NCBI RefSeq assembly: GCF_037042905.1
Contig: NC_087250.1
Location: 25,422,001-25,486,000 of the forward strand
Length of the DNA stretch: 64,000 nt
Origin: Lytechinus pictus
Lineage: Eukaryota
Direction of reading: 5' to 3'
Below, piece by piece: positions 36,519 through 50,283 of the stretch. The notes under the pieces are model-generated. The model saw only the letters and a list, made by a program, of their open reading frames with translations, did not search any database and was not told where the DNA came from. The position numbers and the translations under genes were made by a program. The first letter of the stretch is position 1, and each line of letters starts with the position of its first letter.

Positions 36519-39500
36519 AGGTCTAAATCTGAACACGCGCACGCATGTTTATTAAGATTCAAATCTTGTTCCAGTTGTAGATCAAAATATCATTTTTTTT
36601 CTGCTCGTGCTTTGCGCTCACATTAATATAGGAAAATATCCAATTACCCATCCTTTTCCTGATTTACAAAACACCGTTTTTAGGTGTGAATAATTCCTGT
36701 TCAATATTAAAAAGTGCTTAGAATGTCTAGTATTTAGGTCGGAGTGTCAAAAAATGTTCAACTCGCGCTTCACGCTCGCATTATTTGATTGTTGAAGTAT
36801 GTATCTTCTTCATTGGTATACTGCATTTTTTTTCGATCAGGCCAGAGCGTATATAAAAAAAATTCTGCTCGCACTTCGCGCTCGAAGTAATTATTTTTTA
36901 CATACGCATTTACATTACTTCTTCAGGATTACAAACATTGCCTAAGATATCAAATTTAAGGACAAAATAGAAAGAAATAAGCTCACGCTCACATTTGATG
37001 TTTATCATGATGTTTATCAGAAATATGTCTTGTGCAAGAATTTTTTTCACGAAGGCCTATTCGTTTTTGTGAAAAAAGCCTTGGTGTAGTGGTTCTGACT
37101 CTCGCCTTGTAAACCGAGGGTCATGTGTTTGAATCCCACCGCGTTCTATATTTGACTGACAAGGTGTAATAACGTTGCCACTCTCGACCCAGGTGCTAAA
37201 TGGGTACCCGGCAGGTCAATGCGAAAGTTATTGTATGTTTGAATCTGCCAGCGCAATTTTGAGGCTGCGATGAATGCAAGGAATGCTTCTTAAGGAATGG
37301 AAATTGTGCACATTTCATGCGGGATTTAAATGAATCCAAGGACTTGGGTAATAATGCTGTAAAGCACTTTGAGCCGTTCTGAGAAAAGCGATATATCAAA
37401 ACTAGTTATCATTATTGTTATTATTATTAATGAAATACGTATCTCATTCACGATCAATAAAAGTGCTTAAAATATAAACTTGAATTTCAGTTTGAAATGT
37501 ATGCCTGCATTATTTATTTTGTTAAGATATTTTCCCCATTCGTACAGTCAAGTGCTGCCTAAACGGTCATATTTTCAGTCGAGTACATTAAAATAATCTA
37601 ATTAAATGTTGCTTGAAACGTTTTTTGTTCAGTATAGAACACATCTGCTCGCATCATTTCCAGCTTAACTAATGCAAGACATATTTGAAATGCCTACTTT
37701 TCGGATCAGTATAAAATGCTTGAAATATTCCTCCTCAAAGTCTGAACCCCCCCCCCAAAAAAAAAAAAAAAAAAAAATCAGCTCGCGCTTCGCGCTCGTG
37801 TGATGTTTAAAACACTGCGTGAAATATTAAGTTTTCATGTTTGTTTAGTGATATAGGCCCCTTGACCCCGTTCTTCGTTACTTTTTGTAATTTTCCTGTC
37901 TTGTATTATGTCTCGTTGCCCCTCTAGCGCACTGACGACCAATGGCTTTTGCTACTTGTATACCCGTTCCATACACATTTGTATTGGATCCACACATTCC
38001 TGATACGTTCCGCTTGCCTTCTTATTCATGTCCGCACGTTCCTGAAACAGTCCGCTTGTCTTCTGATTCCAATCCGCACGTTCCTGAAACATTCTGCATG
38101 GCTTCTTCTTTGCTTCCTGAAGCTGACCTGATCGCGGATTGTTTCCGGAAGACGCAGAAGGGTTTAGGAAGGGCGGGACATCATCAGGTCATCGTCAGGA
38201 CAAGGTCCCGAAGGTGTCAGGAATCCAATATCCGCGTCCAAATTTTGATTTCCCAAACACCAGGAAGAGTTTAGGACAACGTGCGGACACTCCTAGGAAT
38301 GTCCGGACAGGTTGCGGAAGGGTCGCGGATTACAATTTTTACATTCCGCGCCTTGTCCTGACGCTGTCCTGGCCCTAGTGGAAAATGGGTATAATCAATC
38401 ACTTCCAATTCCATCATTTTACACATCATCGTGTCCCTCTTTTCATAATTACATATCAATCCTCTCGTTGCTGAGCATATATCATGGCATTGCCTTTTGA
38501 TTTATTTTTTCAGATTCAACCTTGCATTAAAAATAAAATCCCAGAATTAATGGCCATAAATTCGTTGATCTTCAGAGGGACATTAAACCCTCGTTCAAAC
38601 TCTTGACAATGCCATCATGAAATTGAATTTCGTACAAAATAACGGGGACATCCAGATAGTCCGCGGGTCCGTTAGTCCACGGGTCCGATAGTCCGCGGGT
38701 CCGATAGTCTTCGGGTCCTTTAGTCCGCGGGTCCGATAGTCCGCAATGTGTGTAAAATTATGATGAGATATATCAAATGTCGTCGAGAGGTCCAAAGGTC
38801 AAAAGATACGAGACCATGGGGTTCTACACTGTAAAAAGGTCTAAATCTGAACACGCGCACGCATGTTTATTAAGATTCAAATCTTGTTCCAGTTGTAGAT
38901 CAAAATATCATTTTTTTTCTGCTCGTGCTTTGCGCTCACATTATTAATATAGGAAAATATTTAATTACCCATCCTTTTCCTGATTTACAAAACACCGTTT
39001 TTAGGTGTGAATAATTCCTGTTCAATATTAAAAAGTGCTTAGAATGTCTAGTATTTAGGTCGGAGTGTCAAAAAATGTTCAACTCGCGCTTCACGCTCGC
39101 ATTATTTGATTGTTGAAGTATGTATCTTCTTCATTGGTTTACTGCATTTTTTTCCGATCAGGCCAGAGCGTATATAAAAAAAATTCTGCTCGCACTTCGC
39201 GCTCGAAGTAATTATTTTTTACATACGCATTTACATTACTTCTTCAGGATTACAAACATTGCCTAAGATATCAAATTTAAGGACAAAATAGAAAGAAATA
39301 AGCTCACGCTCACATTTGATGTTTATCAGAAATATGTCTTGTGCAATAATTTTTTTTCACGAAGGCCTATTCGTTTTTGTGAAAAAAGCCTTGGTGTAGT
39401 GGTTCTGACTCTCGCTTTGTAAACCGAGGGTCATGTGTTTGAATCCCACCGCGTTCTATATTTGACTGACAAGGCGTAATAACGTTGCCACTCTCGACCC

Positions 39501-42500
39501 AGGTGCTAAATGGGAACCCGGCAGGTCAATGCGAAAGTTATTGTATGTTTGAATCTGCCAGCGCAATTTTGAGGCTGCGATGAATGCAAGGAATGCTTCT
39601 TAAGGAATGGAAATTGTGCACATTTCATGCGGGATTTAAATGAATCCAAGGACTTGGGTAATAATGCTGTAAAGCACTTTGAGCCGTTCTGAGAAAAGCG
39701 ATATATCAAAACTAGTTATCATTATTGTTATTATTATTAATGAAATACGTATCTCATTCACGATCAATAAAAGTGCTTAAAATATAAACTTGAATTTCAG
39801 TTTGAAATGTATGCCTGCATTATTTATTTTGTTAAGATATTTTCCCCATTCGTACAGTCAAGTGCTGCCTAAACGGTCATATTTTCAGTCGAGTACACTA
39901 AAATAATCTAATTAAACGTTGCTTGAAACGTTTTTTGTTCAGTATAGAACACATCTACTCGCATCATTTCCAGCTTAACTAATGCAAGACATATTTGAAA
40001 TGCCTACTTTTCGGATCAGTATAAAATGCTTGAAATATTCCTCCTCAAAGTCTGAACCCCCCCCCCAAAAAAAAAAAAAAAAAATCAGCTCGCGCTTCGC
40101 GCTCGTGTGATGTTTAAAACACTGCGTGAAATATTAAGTTTTCATGTTTGTTTAGTGATATAGGCCCCTTGACCCCGTTCTTCGTTACTTTTTGTAATTT
40201 TCCTGTCTTGTATTATGTCTCGTTGCCCCTCTAGCGCACTGACGACCAATGGCTTTTGCTACTTGTATACCCGTTCCATACACATTTGTATTGGATCCAC
40301 ACATTCCTGATACGTTCCGCTTGCCTTCTTATTCATGTCCGCACGTTCCTGAAACAGTCCGCTTGTCTTCTGATTCCAATCCGCACGTTCCTGAAACATT
40401 CTGCATGGCTTCTTCTTTGCTTCCTGAAGCTGACCTGATCGCGGATTGTTTCCGGAAGACGCAGAAGGGTTTAGGAAGGGCGGGACATCATCAGGTCATC
40501 GTCAGGACAAGGTCCCGAAGGTGTCAGGAATCCAATATCCGCGTCCAAATGTTGATTTCCCAAACACCAGGAAGAGTTTAGGACAACGTGCGGACACTCC
40601 TAGGAATGTCCGGACAGGTTGCGGAAGGGTCGCGGATTACAATTTTTACATTCCGCGCCTTGTCCTGACGCTGTCCTGGCCCTAGTGGAAAATGGGTATA
40701 ATCAATCACTTCCAATTCCATCATTTTACACATCATCGTGTCCCTCTTTTCATAATTACATATCAATCCTCTCGTTGCTGAGCATATATCATGGCATTGC
40801 CTTTTGATTTATTTTTTCAGATTCAACCTTGCATTAAAAATAAAATCCCAGAATTTATGGCCATAAATTCGTTGATCTTCAGAGGGACATTAAACCCTCG
40901 TTCAAACTCTTGACAATGCCATCATGAAATTGAATTTCGTACAAAATAACGGGGGCATCCAGATAGTCCGCGGGTCCGTTAGTCCACGGGTCCGATAGTC
41001 TTCGGGTCCTTTAGTCCGCGGGTCCGATAGTCCGCAATGTGTGTAAAATTATGATGAGATATATCAAATGTGGTCGAGAGGTCCAAAGGTCAAAAGATAC
41101 GAGACCATGGGGTTCTACACTGTAAAAAGGTCTAAATCTGAACACGCGCACGCATGTTTATTAAGATTCAAATCTTGTTCCAGTTGTAGATCAAAATATC
41201 ATTTTTTTTTCTGCTCGTGCTTTGCGCTCACATTATTAATATAGGAAAATATCCAATTACCCATCCTTTTCCTGATTTACAAAACACCGTTTTTAGGTGT
41301 GAATAATTCCTGTTCAATATTAAAAAGTGCTTAGAATGTCTAGTATTTAGGTCGGAGTGTCAAAAAATGTTCAACTCGCGCTTCACGCTCGCATTATTTG
41401 ATTGTTGAAGTATGTATCTTCTTCATTGGTTTACTGCATTTTTTTTCGATCAGGCCAGAGCGTATATAAAAAAAATTCTGCTCGCACTTCGCGCTCGAAG
41501 TAATTATTTTTTACATACGCATTTACATTACTTCTTCAGGATTACAAACATTGCCTAAGATATCAAATTTAAGGACAAAATAGAAAGAAATAAGCTCACG
41601 CTCACATTTGATGTTTATCAGAAATATGTCTTGTGCAAGAATTTTTTTCACGAAGGCCTATTCGTTTTTGTGAAAAAAGCCTTGGTGTAGTGGTTCTGAC
41701 TCTCGCCTTGTAAACCGAGGGTCATGTGTTTGAATCCCACCGCGTTCTATATTTGACTGACAAGGCGTAATAACGTTGCCACTCTCGACCCAGGTGCTAA
41801 ATGGGTACCCGGCAGGTCAATGCGAAAGTTATTGTATGTTTGAATCTGCCAGCGCAATTTTGAGGCTGCGATGAATGCAAGGAATGCTTCTTAAGGAATG
41901 GAAATTGTGCGCATTTCATGCGGGATTTAAATGAATCCAAGGACTTGGGTAATAATGCTGTAAAGCACTTTGAGCCATTCTGAGAAAAGCGATATATCAA
42001 AACTAGTTATCATTATTGTTATTATTATTAATGAAATACGTATCTCATTCACGATCAATAAAAGTGCTTAAAATATAAACTTGAATTTCAGTTTGAAATG
42101 TATGCCTGCATTATTTACTTTGTTAAGATATTTTCCCCATTCGTTCAGTCAAGTGCTGCCTAAACGGTCATATTTTCAGTCGAGTACATTAAAATAATCT
42201 AATTAAACGTTGCTTGAAACGTTTTTTGTTCAGTATAGAACACATCTGCTCGCATCATTTCCAGCTTAACTAATGCAAGACATATTTGAAATGCCTACTT
42301 TTCGGATCAGTATAAAATGCTTGAAATATTCCTCCTCAAAGTCTGAACCCCCCCCAAAAAAAAAAAAAAAAAAATCAGCTCGCGCTTCGCGCTCGTGTGA
42401 TGTTTAAAACACTGCGTGAAATATTAAGTTTTCATGTTTGTTTAGTGATATAGGCCCCTTGACCCCGTTCTTCGTTACTTTTTGTAATTTTCCTGTCTTG

Positions 42501-43433
42501 TATTATGTCTCGTTGCCCCTCTAGCGCACTGACGACCAATGGCTTTTGCTACTTGTATACCCGTTCCATACACATTTGTATTGGATCCACACATTCCTGA
42601 TACGTTCCGCTTGCCTTCTTATTCATGTCCGCACGTTCCTGAAACAGTCCGCTTGTCTTCTGATTCCAATCCGCACGTTCCTGAAACATTCTGCATGGCT
42701 TCTTCTTTGCTTCCTGAAGCTGACCTGATCGCGGATTGTTTCCGGAAGACGCAGAAGGGTTTAGGAAGGGCGGGACATCATCAGGTCATCGTCAGGACAA
42801 GGTCCCGAAGGTGTCAGGAATCCAATATCCGCGTCCAAATGTTGATTTCCCAAACACCAGGAAGAGTTTAGGACAACGTGCGGACACTCCTAGGAATGTC
42901 CGGACAGGTTGCGGAAGGGTCGCGGATTACAATTTTTACATTCCGCGCCTTGTCCTGACGCTGTCCTGGCCCTAGTGGAAAATGGGTATAATCAATCACT
43001 TCCAATTCCATCATTTTACACATCATCGTGTCCCTCTTTTCATAATTACATATCAATCCTCTCGTTGCTGAGCATATATCATGGCATTGCCTTTTGATTT
43101 ATTTTTTCAGATTCAACCTTGCATTAAAAATAAAATCCCAGAATTTATGGCCATAAATTCGTTGATCTTCAGAGGGACATTAAACCCTCGTTCAAACTCT
43201 TGACAATGCCATCATGAAATTGAATTTCGTACAAAATAACGGGGACATCCAGATAGTCCGCGGGTCCGTTAGTCCACGGGTCCGATAGTCCGCGGGTCCG
43301 ATAGTCTTCGGGTCCTTTAGTCGGCGGGTCCGATAGTCCGCAATGTGTGTAAAATTATGATGAGATATATCAAATGTCGTCGAGAGGTCCAGAGGTCAAA
43401 AGATACGAGACCATGGGGTTCTACACTGTAAAA
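36519..43433. repeat. Three tandem copies of a ~2.3-kb unit (36519-38836, 38837-41127, 41128-43433)
   Basis: Near-identical sequence and triplicated ORF-track entries; identical junction CACTGTAAAA|AGGTCTAAATCTG at both internal joins. Confidence 0.97.
37078..37430 (+). mobile_element. tRNA-derived SINE (family B) with L2-like tail; also at ~39388-39740 and ~41679-42032
   Basis: A box TGGTGTAGTGG, B-box-like GTTTGAATCCC, central CCCAGGTGCTAAATGGGTACC motif, tail TGTAAAGCACTTTGAG...AAAGCGATATAT and (ATT)n. Confidence 0.8.
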
Positions 43434-43913
43434 ACTGTGGTGTTAAAACTGACACCAGTTGGTGTTAATAGAGGACCACACCCTGAGGTGTTAAAATTAC
43501 ATCCTAGAGATTGAACAGAACACCAAAGAGTGTAAATGTAACAACCAAAGGTGTTGAAATAACACCTATGGGTGTAAAACTAACACCACCAATTTAACAC
43601 CATTGTACAAGCATTGCTTTTTAGTGGGTCCCTCCATGTCCATGTCCATCTTAATTTAATTTCTATTGAAAAATAGTATACATATTTAAAACCTACAATG
43701 TGTTGCCCGAATTGTCTAAGTGTTTTTTCACAACATATGTATCATTAATTTTGTTTGCAACGGATACAAATATTTATGTTTATATATGGTATACAATTTG
43801 TTTTTGTTTGATGGAAGTGAAATAAATAAATTTGAATTTGAATTTGAACACCGGTGTAAAACAACTGATGTGGTCCTCTATGTACACCGGTTAACACCAC
43901 AGTGTTTGCTGTG
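43424..43913. mobile_element. CACTG-ended (EnSpm/CACTA-type) MITE containing a LINE 3' tail (~43603-43852)
   Basis: CACTGTAAAAACTGTGGTGTTAA / TTAACACCACAGTGTTTGCTGTG, TA on both flanks. The inner insert ends in (TTTGAA)n and is flanked by AACACC. Confidence 0.75.
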
Positions 43914-43954
43914 TATCATGGGGGGCGAGGGGGCCTCACCCCCACCCCAGCTCA

Positions 43955-44520
43955 AAAAGGGGGGGGGAGGGGAAAGGGGGAGAAGAAAAAAGAAAGAGGA
44001 AGATGGGAAACAAGAAGAGAATAAAAGAGAGAGGAAGAAGGAGAAAGGAAGAGAAGGAGAAAAAGAGAAAATATAAAAAAAACGGGGAAAGGAAAGAAAA
44101 AGGGAGAAGAAAAGGGGGAAAGAAGAGAAAAAAAGAGAGGAAGAGGGAAAAAGGAAGAAAAGAAAGGAGACAGGAAAAGGGGAAAAGAAAAGAAGAAGAA
44201 AAAAAGAGAAATGAAAAGAAGTACAAAGAGAGAGGAAGATGGGAAGAAAGAGAAAAAAAGAGAGAGAGGGGGAAAGAGGTGAAAAGAAAAGAAGAAAGAA
44301 GAAAAACGAGAAAAGAGAGAGGAAAAGAGGGAAAGAAAAGAAAAAAAGAGAGAAGAAAGATGGAAAATGAAGAGAAGAAGAGAGAGAGATTGAGGAGGAA
44401 GGAAAAGAAGAGAAGAATAAAAAGAGAGAGGAAGAGGGAGAAAAGAAAGAGAGAAGGAAAAGAGAAGGGAAGGGGAATGAGGAAATGAGAAAGAAAAGGA
44501 GATGGGGGGGGGGGGGAGAG
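43955..44520. repeat. Polypurine (GA-rich) low-complexity tract
   Basis: Almost exclusively A/G on the + strand for ~560 bp. Confidence 0.95.
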
Positions 44521-47500
44521 GGCGATGTCGAACTAGGCGGCGCCAAAATGACTGTCGAACTACGGGGCGCCGAATTGATATTTGAACAAGGGGGGGGGGG
44601 GAGGCGAATTAATTTTCGATGATGTTTGAACTGGGAGGGGGGGGGGGCGCCAAATTGATGTTCGAACTAGGGAAGCGCCGAATTGATGTTCAATGTACAT
44701 AGGCCGATCCAGGGGTCAAAGTTATTGCCCCCAAACTGTCCCTTTTCAGAAAAAAAAACGCGAAAAGTTTTAGGAAGAGGAATACAAGATAATCATCATT
44801 TTTATATGATGACAAAATGTCCTTAGGCCTCGCTATTCCCGCTCGCATCATTTATTTAGTGCTTTCCACGTCCATTTCACAATTTCCTTATATTTACTGT
44901 GCTGTAAATGGTGCTTTGAGTTGACCCATTTCATATCAGAATTCCAAATATTATTTTCAGTTAGCGCTCCGCTCGCATTGATTTTCATGATGAAAAACGA
45001 AATGTATTCGGAATGCCCAGCACGCATGTTTATTGAGATACGAAGCTTTATCTTATTCAAAACGAGCTAGAATTATCCAGTTTTAGATAACTGGATATCA
45101 AAAAATTTCTGCTCGCACTTTGCGCTCGCATTATTAATGACAATGTAGGAAGATACCAAAAATTACCCATCCTTATTCATGATTGACAAAACATGAATCG
45201 TGTGTCCCGTTGGTGGTTTGAAATCTCATCTTTTTAGGTTGGAATATAAAAATTGTCCAGCTCGCGCTTCGCGCTCGCATTATTGAATCGTTGAAATATG
45301 CATCGTCTTTATGGCTAACTGCAGAACGTCCTTAACAGGTCCCTTTGACCAGGCCAGAACGCATATTAAACATTTCTGCTCGCGCTTCGCGCTCGTGATA
45401 ATTATAAATACCTTTCATTTATCTTTCGTCTTGTTTTATAGTGTTTCATTGATCTGTCAACAATACTTTGATTATCACTTTCGCTTGTATTTATTTATGT
45501 TTTCATTTTTATTGCCTCTTTGTTTGTACCTGATCATGATATCAACTTGTATTTTTAATGAATTACATACGCATCTTGTTCAGGCTCACAAATATTGCCT
45601 AGAATGTTCAACTTTCGGAACAAAATACATAAAATTTCATTTTTTTGTAGCTCGCATAGGGCTTATGAGACTATTACACATTTATGCTGTTTATAAAGTA
45701 AAGCAAGGAAATGACTGTTAGGACATGGGCCTTTTGCCCCCCCCCCCCCCAAAAAAAAAAATAATGATAATAATAATAATTAAAAAGAAAAAAAATCACG
45801 ACGAAGAAAAAAAGAGAGAAAAGGAAAGGGATTAGGGTGAAATATAATAATATTTGTATATTTTTTAAATGTTATGTCAAAATCTATCACAAACTTGATT
45901 TTTGTAATAAAATTGTCAGCATATTTGCTTGCTCGATTCGCTCACTGACAGCTTCTTATTAATTTTATGCGATACTCCATATCGAGCCCCCTAAAAAATG
46001 TTGGCTCATTAAGGCACTGGGACAACCCCTTCAAAGAAAAAAAATCAACTTCGAGCGGCCGATCGGGGAAAATATGGGTGAAAAATCGCTTCCCCCTCCT
46101 CCCTTATGGCGGAAGCTGGGTTCGCCCCTGACTCAGGCTTTCAGGATAAAATAAATGAAAAAAAAAAAAAAAAATCAGATCAAGGCTATTCTAAAACAAC
46201 TAGTAAAGAAACTACAGCACTCGTTCAAACAATATTCTCGTGGGAACTTCTCTAGTGAGAAGTTAAACCAAATCAAAACCCCCCAAAATCGCTCGCGCTT
46301 CGCGCTCACATTGATGTTGCATTATATATTCATGGATTTTTTTGGTCAAGAACACTTTAAAAAAGTGGTCTTTAATTGCCTATAAAAATGTGATTATTAG
46401 ATGATTCAAAATGCATTTAAGACACTTAAGTTAGTCTGGCCGGGAGGGAGGGGCTCCATTTTTTGAAAAGTACACATGGGCGCCAAAAAATCAGGAAAAT
46501 TTGGGCCCCCACGAAATCCTGGATCTGCGCCTGGGTAAATTTAGGGGGGGGGGGGGTAACAGTCCCCGACGATAAAAAATATGGGAATAATGTTTTCCTT
46601 GAAGTAGCTGTCAGGGGGGGGGGGGCGATTGTCCTTTGGGTCATCGTAACAGAACCCCATGGACTCGTATCATTGGCCTTTTGACCTCTCTATGATATTT
46701 GATCTTACTATATCCTGATCATAATTTTACACACACCGTGGACTATCGGACCCGCGGACTATCGGACCCGCGTTCTATCGGACCCGCGGACTAACGGACC
46801 CGCGGACTATCGGACCCGCGGACTATCGGGCTGTAACCGACAAATCAGTATTTAGATCTTTAAAAGAAGTAAGAGTTTTCTTAATTTTCATATTTCACAG
46901 ATTGTATAATTATGTTTTCTTTCAGCTACCAAGTTTTATTCATGATTGAAGTCGCATGTACCACATTCATCAATTTATTTGATTTCTTTGTGCATTCTTA
47001 TAACTGAACACATCAGTGAGTACTTTTGAGCGTGAGAGAACACAGTGAAATGAAACAATTTTTTTAATTAAATGGCACAAATAAAAATATAAAACCCAAC
47101 GCACTATATTTGCAATGTCTTGGATTTCTTTTCCCGGGTATTTGTGAAAAAGAGAAGAGAAGAGGGCTGAAGAGAGAGGAGGTGATTAATTGGCAAAATT
47201 AACTTTAGTTCATCAAATTTTAACAAGTACATTTTTAGAATTTAAATAAAAATATAACTCAAAATTCAACAACGATTATTTTTTGAAACAAGTATGATCA
47301 CATAATTATACAATTATTTAACGATTGAGAATAAAAAAATATAAAATGATAATTGACGGAAACGCAACTTGCATTTGCACAGATAAAAATGCAGTAGAAT
47401 CTGAAATGATTAGATGGAAAAAGAAAATGCGTTTTCGTAAAACGAGAGAAATTCCAACGGTGGTCATGGAACCCTTGTGATTTTTGCATTCGATTCACAA

Positions 47501-48899
47501 ATGTACCTTTTAGTGGTCGGCTGCATACTGTGCGAGCGTCTTGCTCTGTCATGTCTGTTGTTAGTGGCAATTTCCAATTTTTTTTACGTTACGTGATGAT
47601 TCGAATTGTGCCTGTAGCATTTCACCAAATTGTTTGATCACATAACCCAACAACATGTGTATTGGGGGGATTATTTTTTCTTCTACTTCTTAGCAAATGT
47701 TTGCAAAACATGATAGCGCACCGTTACCAGATTACCTGAGTAAACTTTGCAAATGTTAGAACGACATTTTGCTGATGTTTCAAGTTAATATTTTGAAAAT
47801 ATTTCAAGTCATTTCTGACACCATATGTTTTGATATAATTGTAACATTTTAAACGTAAAGTTGTTAATGTTTTTTTTTTAATGTTATTTGTTGACAAAAC
47901 GTTATAATTGATATATTAGTAATGTTTCAAGTTAATGTGCTGAATGCGGTTTCGATCATTTCTAGAACCATTTATATCAAATTTATTGTAAAATGTTATT
48001 TGAATAATCTTTATGAAATGTCGGAATGACATCGTTTTGGTGTTATAAGTTAATGATTTAGTATATGTTTTCTAAAACTTAATGGGTTTCAAGGTAAACA
48101 CCTACACAACTCATCCCATAAATTATATTATCCCATCTTAACCTTCAATCCTATCATGTTATATCCTATATTTTATATATATATATATATTTCTTTAAAT
48201 GTTCTATAACTATGATTAACTATGATAACTTGATTCTAAATCTATATTTCATAACTTCATAATAGAAATCAAATCTGAATTATATTTCTGACCTTTTTGT
48301 TGTATGATTTGAAGTTTAAAAAAACTTTCCCCCAATTCACAATTATCTGAATCCCATGCTAGTACTATTATCTACTGAAATCTCACTTATGCATGACTCA
48401 ATCAACCAACTGTTTCTCATTTATATATGAATTTTTTTTTAAAAGTGTACAATCAATCTTCAAATGTAAATAATATACAATGTTAACTTTGCACAAATAG
48501 TCTTCGGACTACAGCATTGTATTCTGTTCTATATCTAATAAACCGAATTGATTTGATTTGATTTAATTTGATTTGATCCACTAAATCACGTCGTTGATTC
48601 TAAGAGGAGTTTGCGTTACTTGACTGGTTAATATCACACTGATGATTATTTAATATATCATACACGATATCAATCTACTTACTATTGCGTTTTGTTTTAT
48701 TTGCTACTTTCTAATTGCCTTTTCTTTTTTTCTCTCTCTCTCTCTCTCTTTATGTTCCAATAATTTGTGTTGCAATATGGTAAATCATTTGTAAATATTG
48801 TGATACCAGATAATTAAAAAAGGGTGTTAGTAAGAACTATTTTCTTTTAACTGCCATCGGCGCCTGCATGCTCTCATAATAATACCGTAAGGAAGGAAG

Positions 48900-49435
48900 T
48901 GGGTGACGGTGTGAAGGACTGATAAAATAATTGGAACAATATCAGGATACTGACCGCATTCCCAGAGATTTTCCAAAAAACATATACATTTCTAAATGTT
49001 TTTCAAAGTTTTGATAGTGAAACAAGGATATGAACTCGTCAATAACAGCAAAAGGGAATAGATGTGGCTCTTTTCTTCATAGAGCATTATCATTAAATAA
49101 AGGCAAGTACTTGGAAAACCACTTGTTATTTCACCGAAACATACCGTAGGATAGTTAGATGTAGCATAATAATGGTATATATATTTTTTTTTTACAAGCT
49201 CCCCTTTTTAACTCTTCAGTCATGAATTATCTAGTAAGGAAATATCACTATGATATCCAACAAAAGACGTATCGTCTGCAAATAATGTGATATTATGAAA
49301 GTTAGAGAAAGAATCTTTGACAAAGTTTATGTAAATGAGGAATTGAAGGTATTCACGTCGATAAAAGACAATTTGCATGACTAATGAACATTTGGAAATA
49401 TCATTAAGAATTGATATCGTATTAGTCAGCAACAA
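48900..49435 (-). pseudogene. Highly decayed CR1/L2-group RT fragment
   Basis: TLFADDT motif in 49220-49435 and weak downstream similarity. Confidence 0.45.
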
Positions 49436-49453
49436 AGTAAAACGTCAATATTT

Positions 49454-50283
49454 GAAGAGCTCACTTGCAAAAGGATTAGGTCCATTTTTCATCAAATTTG
49501 ATTGTTTTGTCTCAATGTATAGATTTTTAGTAGCTCTATAAGATGATACCAAAGTCAAGTTGAAAATACCTGAAATTCCCATTAAAAAGTGATCTAAAAT
49601 GGCAAAGAAATATCACTTTTTTTTCAAAAGGGGTTAGGTCCATTTTAGTTAAGTTGCAAAAGGGGTTAGATTTTTTTTGGAAAATAATAGTTACAAAAAT
49701 ATGAAGACAGGTTGATTTCTTTTATACCCAATTTTATGTTCTCATGATAGGGTATCACGAAAATTAAGTTTCGCATAAGAATATTGCAATATGGGAGAAC
49801 AAAAAAAGGATTTTCTTGGAGTGGACCTAACCCCTTTTGCAAACAAACTACTCTGAAGTGCTCATTTGTCAAAAGGGGTTAGGTCCATTGTTCATAAATA
49901 TCTATTGTTTTCTGTCTCAAGTCCTCTGATTTTTTTTAGTCGTTCTGATGAAAACAACGAAAATTTGAAATTCACATGAAAACGTGAATAAAAGTGGCAA
50001 AGAAAAATCACCTTCTTAATCAAAATAGATTAGATTCATTTCAGTTTAGTTTCAAAAGGGGTTAGGTCCACAATGATAATTTTTAAAAGAATATATAGAA
50101 AAAAATTGAAGATAGATAGATAGGTAGATTTCTTTTATACCCAATTTTATGTTCACATGATAGGGTAGTACATCACGACAATTTAGTTTCTCATAAGAGT
50201 ATTGCAGTAAGTGAGATTAAAAAACATGGTTTTTCTCAGAATGGTAAAAAGTGGACCTAACCCCTTTTGCAACTAAACTCTTC
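49454..50283. mobile_element. Non-autonomous TIR element with 4-bp TSD (Sola-like), dimeric
   Basis: GAAGAG...TTGCAAAAGG(G/A)TTAGGTCCA / TGGACCTAACCCCTTTTGCAA...CTCTTC ends; ATTT on both flanks; two ~0.4-kb direct units. Confidence 0.75.

Larger units (their letters stand above)
32010..38391. mobile_element. Harbinger-type shell with nested insertions; its right end is also copied at ~40698 and ~42988
   Basis: TTTTCCACTAGGG / CCCTAGTGGAAAA TIR core, TAA on both flanks, and shared GTCCTAGGAC/GCGGAAG motifs at 33121-33600 and 37990-38380. Confidence 0.65.
43240..46839. mobile_element. MULE-like element with ~180-bp TIRs containing 16-bp tandem repeats, expanded by insertions
   Basis: 43240-43421 is the inverted counterpart of 46652-46839 (GATAGTCCGCGGGTCC arrays, then ...GATACGAG.CCATGGGGTTCT). 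The 9-bp flanks ACAAAATAA/ACAAATCAG match only partly. Confidence 0.7.

Noticed and set aside
37942..43097. Triplicated 60-110 aa ORFs as a gene cluster
   Set aside because: They overlap in several frames within a repetitive TE arm, have no recognisable domain, and recur only because of the tandem amplification.
43720..44546. Lys/Arg/Glu-rich and Phe/Ser/Leu-rich ORFs
   Set aside because: These are artefacts of the polypurine tract, which lacks stop codons.
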